DNA of 64,000 bases, taken from assembly GCA_965222375.1 (NCBI GenBank), contig CBDCTZ010000016.1, forward strand, positions 2,752,001 through 2,816,000. The letters are read 5' to 3'. The stretch is from Polyangiaceae bacterium (GTDB taxonomy: Bacteria; Myxococcota_A; Polyangia; Polyangiales; Polyangiaceae). Below, in pieces: positions 39,915 through 53,109 of the stretch. The position numbers and the translations under genes are program-made. How positions within the stretch are numbered: the stretch's first letter is position 1; each line of letters opens with the position of its first letter. Below the pieces are notes generated by a model. The model did no database searches, was not told the DNA's origin, and was given only the letters and a program-made list of their open reading frames with translations.

Positions 39915-40025
39915 CTAGCCGGGCCGAGGCCCGGTGAGCGCGGCTCCCGAGCCGGAGCGCTTACCGGTCGGGGCCACCCGTCACGCTCTTGCGCTCCACG
40001 GCGGCTGACAGCAGGATGCCGCGCG

Positions 40026-40580
40026 ATGCGCACCACTACCCTCAGCCGGGTCTTCCGGTCACTCATCGCATGCGCGGCGATGCTCTCGGCGTTACCCTCT
40101 CGCGCCCAGGCCAATCAGGACACCACGACACGGGTTGATTCCGCGAGCGAGTGGTATGGGCCCTCCGTTCTCGCCGTTTACGGCGTCGGCTACTCCGCCG
40201 TAGCCGTCGGACTCCTCGGTAGAAACCTTGAGTCTCAACCCGCCCGGGTGGGCGCTGCGATCATCCTGTCAGCCGGAGTGGGAACCGCCCTATTCGGGGT
40301 CCCCATCACGCACTGGAGCCACGACGAACTCGGTGCGGGCCTCGCGTCGCTGGGGGGGCAGGTTGGTGCGCTCGCGGCGGGTGGTCTCATCGGCTACGCG
40401 GCCTCCGGCAAAGAGACGACAGGGCTCTTCGTTGGCGCTGCCTTAGGCCACGTCAGCTTCGCTCTCGCCGACGCGTTTTTGCTGGCGCACCATGAGCGCG
40501 TGCTCTCTATCGAAACGACGTCCGCCAGGGTTCAGTTCGTTCCCTTCGGTTTGGGCGGTGCATTGCGCGTGAGCTACTAG
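40026..40580 (+). CDS. Hypothetical exported/membrane protein
   Basis: Signal peptide (AQA) followed by Gly-rich hydrophobic helices. Confidence 0.6.
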   Translation: MRTTTLSRVFRSLIACAAMLSALPSRAQANQDTTTRVDSASEWYGPSVLAVYGVGYSAVAVGLLGRNLESQPARVGAAIILSAGVGTALFGVPITHWSHDELGAGLASLGGQVGALAAGGLIGYAASGKETTGLFVGAALGHVSFALADAFLLAHHERVLSIETTSARVQFVPFGLGGALRVSY

Positions 40581-40601
40581 GTCGCCCAGGCCGTGGCGAC
40601 G

Positions 40602-41621
40602 CTAACCTGGCGGTAGGACGCCGGTTCGTATCTGGGCCAAGCGCTTGTGGGTCCAGCCGGAAAGGTCTGCGAGTGCGTTTTCCTCGAAGAATCTGGCGAG
40701 GCTTTCATACCTCGCTACCGCATCGAAGCCGATGGCATGGGCCAGCTTTCTGAGACAGATCGGGCACAAGAAGCTCGGTTGCCGATCGAGTTCATCCAGA
40801 GAGTTCGAGCCGTTCATCAGGCATTCAAAGCTGGTGCAGTGCTGCATGGCAAACATGTGTCCAGTTTCATGAGCGAGCACGGCGATGCTGCGCTTCAGTC
40901 CCAGGCGAGCCGCCGCTGCAGTCCGCGGCTTGCCCCAGAACTCGGGAAAGAAGCGGGTCAGGGAGTAGACGCCGACGCACTCCTCCAAGCTCGCCATTCC
41001 GAACACGTAGTTCCAAGACTTGCTCGGGTACAGATCATCCCAAGTCACCCCCAAGCTTGCGATAGCGTCGTTGGGCAGCTTGGGCTTGAGCACCTCATCC
41101 AAGAGCACTTTCGTATGGTGCTGGGTTTGCGCGCCGCTTCCTCTACGTTGCCCCTTCGCCGGAAGCGCCAGCGGCTTTACTATGTCCACGGGCAAGTCGA
41201 AAAAGCGCCGCATGTAGTCCTGCATAGCGCTCAGCACGGCCTGCTGGGGCTTCGTCATGCGTCCCAAGGGCTGAAGTACGAGTCGGCGCCGAGTGGGCGT
41301 GGGGCGCACGGGGTCAGCGGAGCGGTACTTCAGAAAACTCTGTCCGGGCTCCTTGAACCGCGCGAGCCAGTCGCCCTCTTGCGGCGGCCGTTTGCGCTGG
41401 AAGAGCTTCCCTTCCGGGGGGTGGTAGAGGCGCTCGAAGACCGCGTCCCGGGTGGCGGCGGCCGACGCCTTCGGTGCGACTCTGGCAGCGCTAGGGGACG
41501 TCGCCGCTTCATTCGGCGCGGCGCGCCGTTCCCGGGCGCAGCTCAGCGGCGCCGTCAACAGCGCAAACAAGAGCCCCCGGCGCTTCAGCTGGACTGCGCA
41601 CTTCACCGTATCTCCCGACAC
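40602..41621 (-). CDS. Archaemetzincin (peptidase M54)
   Basis: HETGHMFAMQHC....CLMNGSN....LCPIC; DLYP..WNYVFG; start uncertain. Confidence 0.9.
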   Translation of the reverse strand: MSGDTVKCAVQLKRRGLLFALLTAPLSCARERRAAPNEAATSPSAARVAPKASAAATRDAVFERLYHPPEGKLFQRKRPPQEGDWLARFKEPGQSFLKYRSADPVRPTPTRRRLVLQPLGRMTKPQQAVLSAMQDYMRRFFDLPVDIVKPLALPAKGQRRGSGAQTQHHTKVLLDEVLKPKLPNDAIASLGVTWDDLYPSKSWNYVFGMASLEECVGVYSLTRFFPEFWGKPRTAAAARLGLKRSIAVLAHETGHMFAMQHCTSFECLMNGSNSLDELDRQPSFLCPICLRKLAHAIGFDAVARYESLARFFEENALADLSGWTHKRLAQIRTGVLPPG

Positions 41622-41819
41622 ACCGGACGAGGCGAAGTTCCCAGACTCATGTCATGGAGCATACGAGCCGGCGTAACGGCGGCCAATCGATTGACGGCGC
41701 TGGGACCAGCGGCTACGTCCCAAGCACGAGAAAAACGCGCGTTTCGCTCCAAGTACAGGGCTGGGGCGGGCGCTGCAGCAGCTGCGGGCCATGGGGGTGG
41801 GTCCGGATCGGAGTAGCGC

Positions 41820-44771
41820 GTGTACCAAATAGTTCGGCGAGAGCAGTTCTCGGATAGGACCTTCCTCTGGGACATTTTCGCGCCGGATGTCGCGAAGGCA
41901 GCGCGGCCGGGCCAGTTCGTCATGCTGCGTCTCCACGAGGGTGGAGAGCGCATCCCGCTTACCATCGCTGACTTCGACGTTGATCGCGGCACGGTCACGC
42001 TGGTCATCCAGGGGCTTGGGCGTTCCACCCAGGCCATGCTCAAGAACTACGACGAAGGCGATTGGTTCCTGGATTTCGTCGGGCCGCTAGGACTGGCGAG
42101 CCCCATCGAAAACGAGGGGCATGTGGTATTCGTGGGTGGCGGACTGGGTGTGGCACCCGTGTTTCCACAGCTGCGCGCTTTCAAGCAAGCGGGCGCTCGG
42201 GTCACGGGCATCGTTGGTTTTCGCAGCAAGGATCTGGTTTTTTGGGAGGACCGCTTCCAGGAGCTATGCGACGAGCTGATCGTCTGCACTGACGACGGCT
42301 CCTACGGCCGCGCCGGCTTCGTGACCCAGGCGCTAGAAGAGGTCATCTCGAGGGATCCCGCTCCGGACAAAGTGGTCGCGATCGGGCCATTACCCATGAT
42401 GCGGGCAGCAGCGGACGTCACCCGCGCGAAAGCCATACCGACCCTGGTCAGCTTGAACGCGATCATGGTGGACGGCACCGGCATGTGTGGTTCGTGCCGA
42501 GTCACCGTGGACGGCAAGCTCCGCTTCGCGTGTGTCGATGGCCCCGAGTTCTCTGCCCACGGCGTCGACTTCGCCGAATTGGAAGCGCGCCAACGCCGCT
42601 TCAAGCGCCACGAAGATGAAGCTGGCGAAGACTTCGATCGCGTGTGTAACCTGGAGCTGAAGCTCTTCGACGAAGGCAAGCGAAACTACAAGAAAATCAA
42701 GGCGCTCCCGGAGAAAGCCACTGCCATGCCGGAGCGCGATGCGGTCGAGCGCGCCCAGAACTTCGCAGAGGTCAACCTCGGTTACACCATGCAAGACGCC
42801 TTGCTCGAAGCGAGTCGTTGCATCCAGTGCACCCGCCCCACCTGCATCGCCGGCTGTCCGGTCAGCATCGACATCCCCCGCTTCATTCGACATATGCTGG
42901 TGCGGGATCTTGCGGGCGCTCGGGATGTGATTCACGAGTCGAACCTCTTCCCCAGTATTTGCGGTCGTGTCTGTCCCCAGGAGAGCCAGTGCGAGGCTCA
43001 GTGCATACTGGCGAAGAAGATCGAACCCGTTGCCATTGGGCGCCTAGAGCGTTTCGTCGGTGACCATGCTCCTGACGCGCAGTCGGAACGCCAAGAGCCC
43101 GGCAAGCTGGGCAAGGTTGCAATCGTCGGTTCGGGTCCGGCGGGGCTTGCCTGCGCGGGAGATCTGGCGCGCAAGGGCGCCGAGGTCGTGGTGTTCGAAG
43201 CGCTGCACGTCGTCGGCGGTGTGTTGCGCTATGGCATTCCGTCGTTCCGCCTTCCGCGGGAATCAATTCAGCGCGAAATCAAAACCCTGGAGGGCCTGGG
43301 GGTACGCTTCGAAGTGAACAAGGTCGTTGGCAAGACCTTCACCCTGGAGCAGCTACTGGGCGAAATGGGGTTCTCTGCAGTGTTTGTCGGCACCGGCGCA
43401 GGCTACCCAGTCTTTCTCGGTCTGCCGGGTGAATCGGCAGGTCAGGTATCGTCAGCCAACGAGTTTCTGACCCGCGTGAACTTGATGGGAGGCGACCGCT
43501 TCCCTCACGAAGACACCCCGGTGCAGTTAGGCGACGATGTGGTCGTGATCGGCGCGGGCAATACCGCAATGGATTGCCTGCGCGTGGCCAAGCGCCTGGG
43601 CGCGGCCAACGTACACTGCGTCTACCGGCGCACCGAGGCAGAGGCCCCCGCCCGCTTGGAAGAGATCCGTCACGCCAAAGAAGAAGGCATCGAGTTTCAT
43701 TTTCTGCGTGGGCCGACGGAGATCTTGCTCGACGATCAAGGCGACGTGCGCGGCGTCCGTTGCCAGCAGATGCAGCTCGGTGAGCCGGATGCTTCCGGGC
43801 GGCGCAGGCCTGTGCCCATCGAAGGAGAGTTCTCCGAATTTCCCGCATCGACGGTGATCTACGCCCTGGGCACTCGAGCCAACCCCATCGTGCCCCGCTC
43901 GGCTCCGAAGCTCACTCTCAACCAATGGGGTTACATCGAGGCCGATCCGGTCTCTCAGGCCACGAGCTTGCCGGGCGTGTTCGCTGGCGGCGACATCGTG
44001 ACCGGCGGAGCGACAGTGATCCTCGCCCTGGGTGCGGGGCGGCGCGCGGCGCGGCATATCGTCCAATACCTCCAGAGCGAAACCTGGCCGCCAAAGCCGA
44101 TGGAAGCGCCCGAGGCGGCCGACGCCCCAGGGCAGGGGCGCTGCCCACGCTGTCACGGCAGCTTGGAAGAAGGCGAGCAGTACATTTGCTGCGCAGGCCA
44201 GGAACTGGAATGGCATTGCACGAGCTGTCAGAAGATCTACGAAGGATACGCGTTTCCCTTTGGGCTCTGCGCTGCCTGCGGCGGGAAGCTGGCCCGCAAG
44301 ACCAACGGCGCGAGCCAAGACACCGAAACCCAGCGCACCATCCAAGAAGCGCTCGAAATCGAGCTGGGTGGCATGTCCTTCTATCGTCGCGGTGCCGAAC
44401 TAACCGACGATCCGGAGCTCAAGACGCTGTTTCGGAATCTGGCCGAAATGGAGCAGGAGCACATAGCAATTCTCGCGCGCCGCTACCACGTGCAGCCCCC
44501 GGATCCCGAACACGTGAGCTTGAAGCCTGAGGTCTCGGCGCTCTTCGCGGGCCACGAGAAGGTCCCAACCACGAGCCTCGAGGTGCTCGGCGTCGCGCTC
44601 AGCCTGGAAAGGCACGCCCGTGATTTCTTCACGGAACGAGTGCAGAAGCTGCAGCGTGGCAGTGCAGCGTGGCGCCTCTGCCGGGAACTCGAAGCCGAAG
44701 AGTACGAGCACGTTGCCATGATCGAAACCGAGATCAAGCGACGCTCCGAAGGCCGCCCGGGTTTGTTGTAG
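41820..44771 (+). CDS. nfnAB: Fused NfnA-NfnB (SudB-SudA/GltD-like) oxidoreductase with C-terminal Cys-rich and rubrerythrin/ferritin-like domains
   Basis: NfnA motifs ERIPLT, GPLG, GGGLG, DGTGMCGSC..CVDGPEF. NfnB motifs CIQC..C...CP, CGRVCPQE.QCE, GSGPAG, GAGNTAMD, YRR. Tail has CPRC/CC/CTSC/CAAC followed by EQEH and EYEH helices. Confidence 0.88.
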   Translation: MYQIVRREQFSDRTFLWDIFAPDVAKAARPGQFVMLRLHEGGERIPLTIADFDVDRGTVTLVIQGLGRSTQAMLKNYDEGDWFLDFVGPLGLASPIENEGHVVFVGGGLGVAPVFPQLRAFKQAGARVTGIVGFRSKDLVFWEDRFQELCDELIVCTDDGSYGRAGFVTQALEEVISRDPAPDKVVAIGPLPMMRAAADVTRAKAIPTLVSLNAIMVDGTGMCGSCRVTVDGKLRFACVDGPEFSAHGVDFAELEARQRRFKRHEDEAGEDFDRVCNLELKLFDEGKRNYKKIKALPEKATAMPERDAVERAQNFAEVNLGYTMQDALLEASRCIQCTRPTCIAGCPVSIDIPRFIRHMLVRDLAGARDVIHESNLFPSICGRVCPQESQCEAQCILAKKIEPVAIGRLERFVGDHAPDAQSERQEPGKLGKVAIVGSGPAGLACAGDLARKGAEVVVFEALHVVGGVLRYGIPSFRLPRESIQREIKTLEGLGVRFEVNKVVGKTFTLEQLLGEMGFSAVFVGTGAGYPVFLGLPGESAGQVSSANEFLTRVNLMGGDRFPHEDTPVQLGDDVVVIGAGNTAMDCLRVAKRLGAANVHCVYRRTEAEAPARLEEIRHAKEEGIEFHFLRGPTEILLDDQGDVRGVRCQQMQLGEPDASGRRRPVPIEGEFSEFPASTVIYALGTRANPIVPRSAPKLTLNQWGYIEADPVSQATSLPGVFAGGDIVTGGATVILALGAGRRAARHIVQYLQSETWPPKPMEAPEAADAPGQGRCPRCHGSLEEGEQYICCAGQELEWHCTSCQKIYEGYAFPFGLCAACGGKLARKTNGASQDTETQRTIQEALEIELGGMSFYRRGAELTDDPELKTLFRNLAEMEQEHIAILARRYHVQPPDPEHVSLKPEVSALFAGHEKVPTTSLEVLGVALSLERHARDFFTERVQKLQRGSAAWRLCRELEAEEYEHVAMIETEIKRRSEGRPGLL

Positions 44772-44785
44772 AAGCGCCTCGAGTT

Positions 44786-44848
44786 CGCCATCTGCCGTTT
44801 GGAGTTTGGGGGTCGGTGCGCCATCTGCCGTTTGGAGTTTGGGGGTCG
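44786..44848. repeat. Perfect 30-bp direct repeat, 2 copies, period 33
   Basis: CGCCATCTGCCGTTTGGAGTTTGGGGGTCG at 44786-44815 and 44819-44848. Confidence 0.9.
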
Positions 44849-44999
44849 CATCGCTGGGTCGGCAGTGGGCCACTACTCTCTCGTGAGGCCAAGCTCCCGA
44901 TTCGTGGCACCTGTTGCAGCTGGTTGGCACCGGAGATCGAGAAACTCCGACCGCGGTGACGCCCGCCGCGCCGCGCCGAGTTCGTGGTAGATCTACTCG

Positions 45000-45695
45000 G
45001 TGCTGAGCGAAGAGCGAGCCGCGGTCCTCAGTCGAGATGTGGCGTTCTACTCTCGTCTCGACTCATCTGAACGGGCGCGGTTCGCCGAGAAGTTGAACCG
45101 CTTCATCGACACGAAGCACATCGTGGGCAAAAAGGGGGTCGAGGTCGACGAACGCGTTCGTACTCTCGTAGCTGCACCAGCCAGTAGGCTCGCGCTCAAC
45201 CTCGTCGCGGAGCGCTACTGCCGTCTCACGATCGTCAGCGTCTTTCCGACCTCGGAGAGCCTTGGCGGTCGGCAGGGCACTGCGAAGGAATGTTTCAGTG
45301 TTGAGCTCGCCCTCGATGCCCTCGAACGTGGTCTGAAGGATGGGAGCAGTGGGGAGAACGTAGGATACCACGAGTTTGCGCACGTGCTGGATGCCAGTGA
45401 TGGGATCATGGATGGCATCCCCCCCCTCTTGCTCAATCCACGGCTACGCGGACTATGGGGTCGTACGCTCGGTGAGGTCCTCAAGGCCGTGCGCACGCTG
45501 GTCGAGGCAGACGCCTGGGATGTCCTCAAACCAGGAGCCGCCAAGGACGAAGCGGAGTTGTTTGCGTATGCAACCGAAGCGTTTTTCGAGACTCCTCAGG
45601 CCTTCCAACGACACTACCCAGCTTTCTATCGCCTACTGGCGATCTTCTATCGTCAGAATCCTGTCAGAGCTCGCTCCAAGCGCGCGTACCGCTGA
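45000..45695 (+). CDS. M90 (MtfA-like) zinc peptidase, second paralog
   Basis: [30 protein letters not shown]. Confidence 0.8.
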   Translation: MLSEERAAVLSRDVAFYSRLDSSERARFAEKLNRFIDTKHIVGKKGVEVDERVRTLVAAPASRLALNLVAERYCRLTIVSVFPTSESLGGRQGTAKECFSVELALDALERGLKDGSSGENVGYHEFAHVLDASDGIMDGIPPLLLNPRLRGLWGRTLGEVLKAVRTLVEADAWDVLKPGAAKDEAELFAYATEAFFETPQAFQRHYPAFYRLLAIFYRQNPVRARSKRAYR

Positions 45696-47547
45696 CCGCG
45701 CGGCCGACCACTGCGCCAAGGCTTCGGTGCGGCTGCTCATTCTGTGCATGGGAATCCGGGAATGCTTGGGCGGCCGCGTGGCCCAATGCCGCAAAGGGAC
45801 TGCAGTCGACGCGCTTCGTGATACCCGAAGGGGTGCGCCCGGTTGCTTTTCGGCTCCCAAACCACTGCTGGGACACTGGATACCGTCGAGGATGAAGTCG
45901 TCTGGGCGGTCGCAGAACCAACGCGTCAATTTTGGCGTCTGCACGTTGTATTCGGTACGCAGGCAATCGCGTTCGTCGATCCGCAGGAATACCAACGGCG
46001 AGTGCGGCTTGCGCTTCAGTTTGGTGGAGTCACGGGCACTCTTGGTGCAGCGCACGATCCAAGGGTGACCCACCTCTAGGTTCACGCCGCGTTGCCGCAG
46101 GTAGTCGAGTGGTGCGCTTTTCATGTGGCCGCGCTTCAGGGAGCGTGTCGAGAGACGGGCAACGTGGCGGTCGGTCAGGCCCCACTGGTCGATCGTGGTG
46201 CGATCAGAGTAGTAGGCAACGGTGCCGGCCAACTTGGCGGCGAGGATGGTTTGAGGTGGAGTCTTCTGCTCGATGGCGGGTGCGCTTCGGATCCCTTCTT
46301 CGGCGAACTTGGTCATCAAGGCATGACTCTGCATTCCAAAGCGCTTCTCCATCTTGGGCTTGCCAGGGCCAACGGCAAAAACCAACCCAACCACGAGGAC
46401 CGCGGCCGGTGAGGAGACTCGAGCCAACGTCAGCACGCCGAGGCCAGCCAACGCTGCGATCAGGGGGTAGACGTGAAACGCGAAGCGGTAGTGCATGAAG
46501 TCCCCACCCGCGTTGACTACGTATGCTGTGAACAGTGCGATTGACAAGCCCGCCCACGCTGTCAGAGGGCGCAGTCGTGGCTGGGGCGGAAGTCCGACTG
46601 CCAACACACACAGGGTGCCGAGCACAAACACGTGAGGGTAGCTGCTGAGGAAGAATTCGACATACTCGAGCCCGGCCTCCCGCATGGGCTCCGAAGAACG
46701 CTTTGCGTAGTAGGTGTTTGGAATCAGAGTGCCGTAGTAGGTGAGCTTCCAGACCGCGAACGAGATCATCGCTACGAAGAACAGGCCGTAGTGTCGAAGC
46801 AGATGGATCGACGTACTGAGGAGTGTGCGCGCAGCCCCGGCAAGTCGCCACTTTGACCTGGCGATCGCGATCGTGGTTACAAAAATGCTGGCGGCCACGA
46901 AGAGCGCGCCGTCCGGTCGCGTCAGGACGATAGTCGTGGGCAGTATTCCGTGCAGCCAGCGCCATCGCACGCTCTGCTGCGTCGGGATTGCCGGGAAGCT
47001 CTTGTGCTCTATAGCGGCGAACGCCAGGACTTGCGCGGAAAAGAAGGTCGTCTCGAGCCCTGTGCCGGCGAAGGACGCATAGTCGCTGGGCAGCAGCAAC
47101 CAAGCGAGAGGAGCCAAGGCGAGCAGATCTGACCATCGGCCGCGCGCTGCTCGGTGCGCGAGTAGCGCACACAGAGGAACGGCGGCGACGTATGCGACGC
47201 GCCCAAGGGTCTGGGCTACAGCTAGCGGTGCCAGCTCCAATTTGATCCCGGCGGCGACAAGCAACACCCAGAGCAAGTTTGTGTAGCCCTCCACGGGCTC
47301 GCCCGGGTTGTAAACCAAGCCCCGACCCCGCGCGAGGTTGTCGGCGTACCGAAACGAGATGAACGCGTCGTCGCAAGGCGCGGAGATTGCCCATACCTGG
47401 CCTCAAGGCAAGGGCAGACAGCGCCAAGGTGCCGGTGACGAAAAGCGCTAAGATGAGGCGAGTTCGTAGTTCTGTTGAGAGGACGAAGTTCCCACGCGCC
47501 GACAACGGTCCGAGTACACCGCTCCACTTACGGCCAATTGACTTCAT
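45633..47547 (-). pseudogene. GT-C-type polytopic membrane glycosyltransferase with a frameshift near 47400 (real or sequencing error)
   Basis: [55 protein letters not shown]; the N-terminal TM segment from ATG 47547 is in a different frame. Confidence 0.75.
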
Positions 47548-47551
47548 GGCC

Positions 47552-48991
47552 TCAGTTCCGACAGCAGAAGTCTTTGGCAGCGACCACTACGGCGCTGTCA
47601 GGTTTGGGGCCGCGGAGCAGTCGCATCGTGGCGCGTTGAGTTGCGTCGAAGAACTCGATCTCGATGGGATACCAACCGGTTCGAACGTGAACCGTCTCGC
47701 AGGTGCGCTTGACTGGATGTACGTTCCAATCGTCGATCAGCCTGCGCCCGTTGAAACGCACGCGATTGCCGTCATCGCTTTCCGAGCACAGCGAGTAGCT
47801 GCCAGCCGCCGGGAAGAATAGCAGTCCTTTCCAGCGAACGCTGAAGTTGTCAGGTGGGACCGCGGCGGTGACGCTCCCGGCACTGGAGAAATTGATGCTG
47901 GTGTCTACCTGCGACGTGAGCCGTTTCTGAAACTTTCGGCCTTGGAAGTAGTGACCCACGATACCGCCACGTCGTTCTGCAGCGGGTGCGCTACGCACCG
48001 GTGACTCAGGCCACGTATGGATCACAAAGGCGGTTGTGCCCGCGAGTACGGCGAGGAGCGGAGACAGGGCCACGGCTAGGGCCCAGCGCTTGCGCTGTCG
48101 ACGCTCCGCTACTGTGCTGTAGTGGTCGATCACATAGCGCTCGAGGGTCGAGAGGAAGCGACGTGCGGGTGTAAGGTCGAAAGCAGCTGGTCGAGGAGTC
48201 CGAGAATCCCAATGCCGCAGCCGCGCCAACTCCGCGGCGCCGCGCAGTTCGAAGTAGTCGTGGAGCACATTCGCAGTGATGTCTGGCCGATCCGCGAACT
48301 GCGCGTCGAATCGCGCAAATACCTCCGCGTCTTCGATCCAAGGTTGACCAGCCACGGCCTGCAAGATCTGGAGTCCGTCGCGGACAACGTCGACTGCGGC
48401 CCCTAGACGCGCGTGGACCGGCATATGTATTGCTGCGTCGAGGGATTCCAGCACGGACGCGTTGTGTTGGACCATTCGAACCAACCCGCGGCGCACGGAG
48501 CGTGGGTCGCGCCGCAGGTCGTGCAACGTGGCGTACCCGATCCCACCGCCAGGTTCTTGGCGGTGGGGCACGCGGGCTACAGCCTCGCTCAAGCGATCCC
48601 AATCCGAGCGGTGAAGCAGAACCGGATAGGCGACGAAGCCCCTATCCGCGAGAAAACGCACCAGGCGTTTCAGGGTTTTGGTAGTGACCTTCCGCGAGTC
48701 ACGTAGATGGATCGCACCGAGATAGGCGACCGGTGGCGACGGGAGCCGCAGCAGTCGCACCTGGAGCATCGCAAACCTGGTGGCAACGCGGGTCTCGATG
48801 GTCGCAACGTCGTCCCCTGCGGCCGCCTCGGAGGGTGGGATCGGTGATGGGGACTCTTTTCGCGAAGGCTCGAGCCCAGCTTCGTTCACGCGTGCCACAT
48901 CGTTACCGTCGCCGTGGTCGCCCAACCTGCTACCTCGCTGGGCGGCACTGACGGGCGGGTAGCAATTAACGCGCCGTTCGAGTATCCCCAC
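47552..48991 (-). CDS. Single-pass membrane protein with C-terminal PA14 domain
   Basis: DNFSVRWKG, SDDGNRV, LIDDW, IEIEFF after a TM helix; start uncertain (GTG 48898 plausible). Confidence 0.8.
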   Translation of the reverse strand: MGILERRVNCYPPVSAAQRGSRLGDHGDGNDVARVNEAGLEPSRKESPSPIPPSEAAAGDDVATIETRVATRFAMLQVRLLRLPSPPVAYLGAIHLRDSRKVTTKTLKRLVRFLADRGFVAYPVLLHRSDWDRLSEAVARVPHRQEPGGGIGYATLHDLRRDPRSVRRGLVRMVQHNASVLESLDAAIHMPVHARLGAAVDVVRDGLQILQAVAGQPWIEDAEVFARFDAQFADRPDITANVLHDYFELRGAAELARLRHWDSRTPRPAAFDLTPARRFLSTLERYVIDHYSTVAERRQRKRWALAVALSPLLAVLAGTTAFVIHTWPESPVRSAPAAERRGGIVGHYFQGRKFQKRLTSQVDTSINFSSAGSVTAAVPPDNFSVRWKGLLFFPAAGSYSLCSESDDGNRVRFNGRRLIDDWNVHPVKRTCETVHVRTGWYPIEIEFFDATQRATMRLLRGPKPDSAVVVAAKDFCCRN

Positions 48992-49210
48992 GCTCGGGCG
49001 CCAGGCCAGGCGGTCGCGGGCGTGCTGTCGTCACGCTCCCTGAAGGAACTCCGAGCAGGGTGGCACGCATCGGCACAGGCACCACGTCACCGATGTCCTT
49101 GATGAGTCTGCAGATGTGCCAGATCTCGTCGACCCTTGCGTGGGCGCCGGCATGTAGCGGGAGACCAAGGCGTCGCCGCACCTTGGCCGCCCAGCTACGA
49201 GCTGCCGCAG

Positions 49211-52876
<3,666 letters not shown>

Positions 52877-52908
52877 CCTGTTCCTCGGGCGTCCCCGCTC
52901 CTCGCAGA

Positions 52909-52953
52909 ACTGACGCTGGCGTCAGTGTACGGAGGGATTGACGGGGGGCAAGT
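52909..52953 (-). promoter_or_regulatory. Sigma70-like promoter (TTGCCC-N16-TACACT) with overlapping operator ACTGAC-N6-GTCAGT
   Basis: Operator at 52909-52926; homologous to 11151-11195. Confidence 0.75.
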
Positions 52954-53038
52954 CCAAGGGCGAACTTCTGCCGGATAGGAGATGGTTGCCGGATTTTCAA
53001 GGAGATAGAGAGTCGGTGGCGGCTGCGGATCGTGGCCA

Positions 53039-53056
53039 TCTGACGCCCGTGTCAGT
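53039..53056. promoter_or_regulatory. Secondary CTGAC-N6-GTCAG operator
   Basis: TCTGACGCCCGTGTCAGT, 130 bp from the primary site and about 54 bp before the divergent lipoprotein ATG. Confidence 0.65.
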
Positions 53057-53109
53057 CCCACGCAGCTCGGGGGCTCGCTCCCCGCCTTGATTGGGAGCAC
53101 TCTAGAGGG

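Noticed and set aside
41820..44100. Glutamate synthase small subunit (gltD) call
   Set aside because: No gltB nearby, and the fused NfnA/PyrK-like domain indicates NfnAB/SudAB
44786..44848. 30-bp direct repeats as a CRISPR array
   Set aside because: Only two copies, a 3-nt gap instead of a spacer, and no cas genes
46204..47390. 447-aa ORF 46204-47547 as a separate gene
   Set aside because: Only its first about 48 codons look real (GT-C N-terminus); the rest is the off-frame shadow of the GT-C gene
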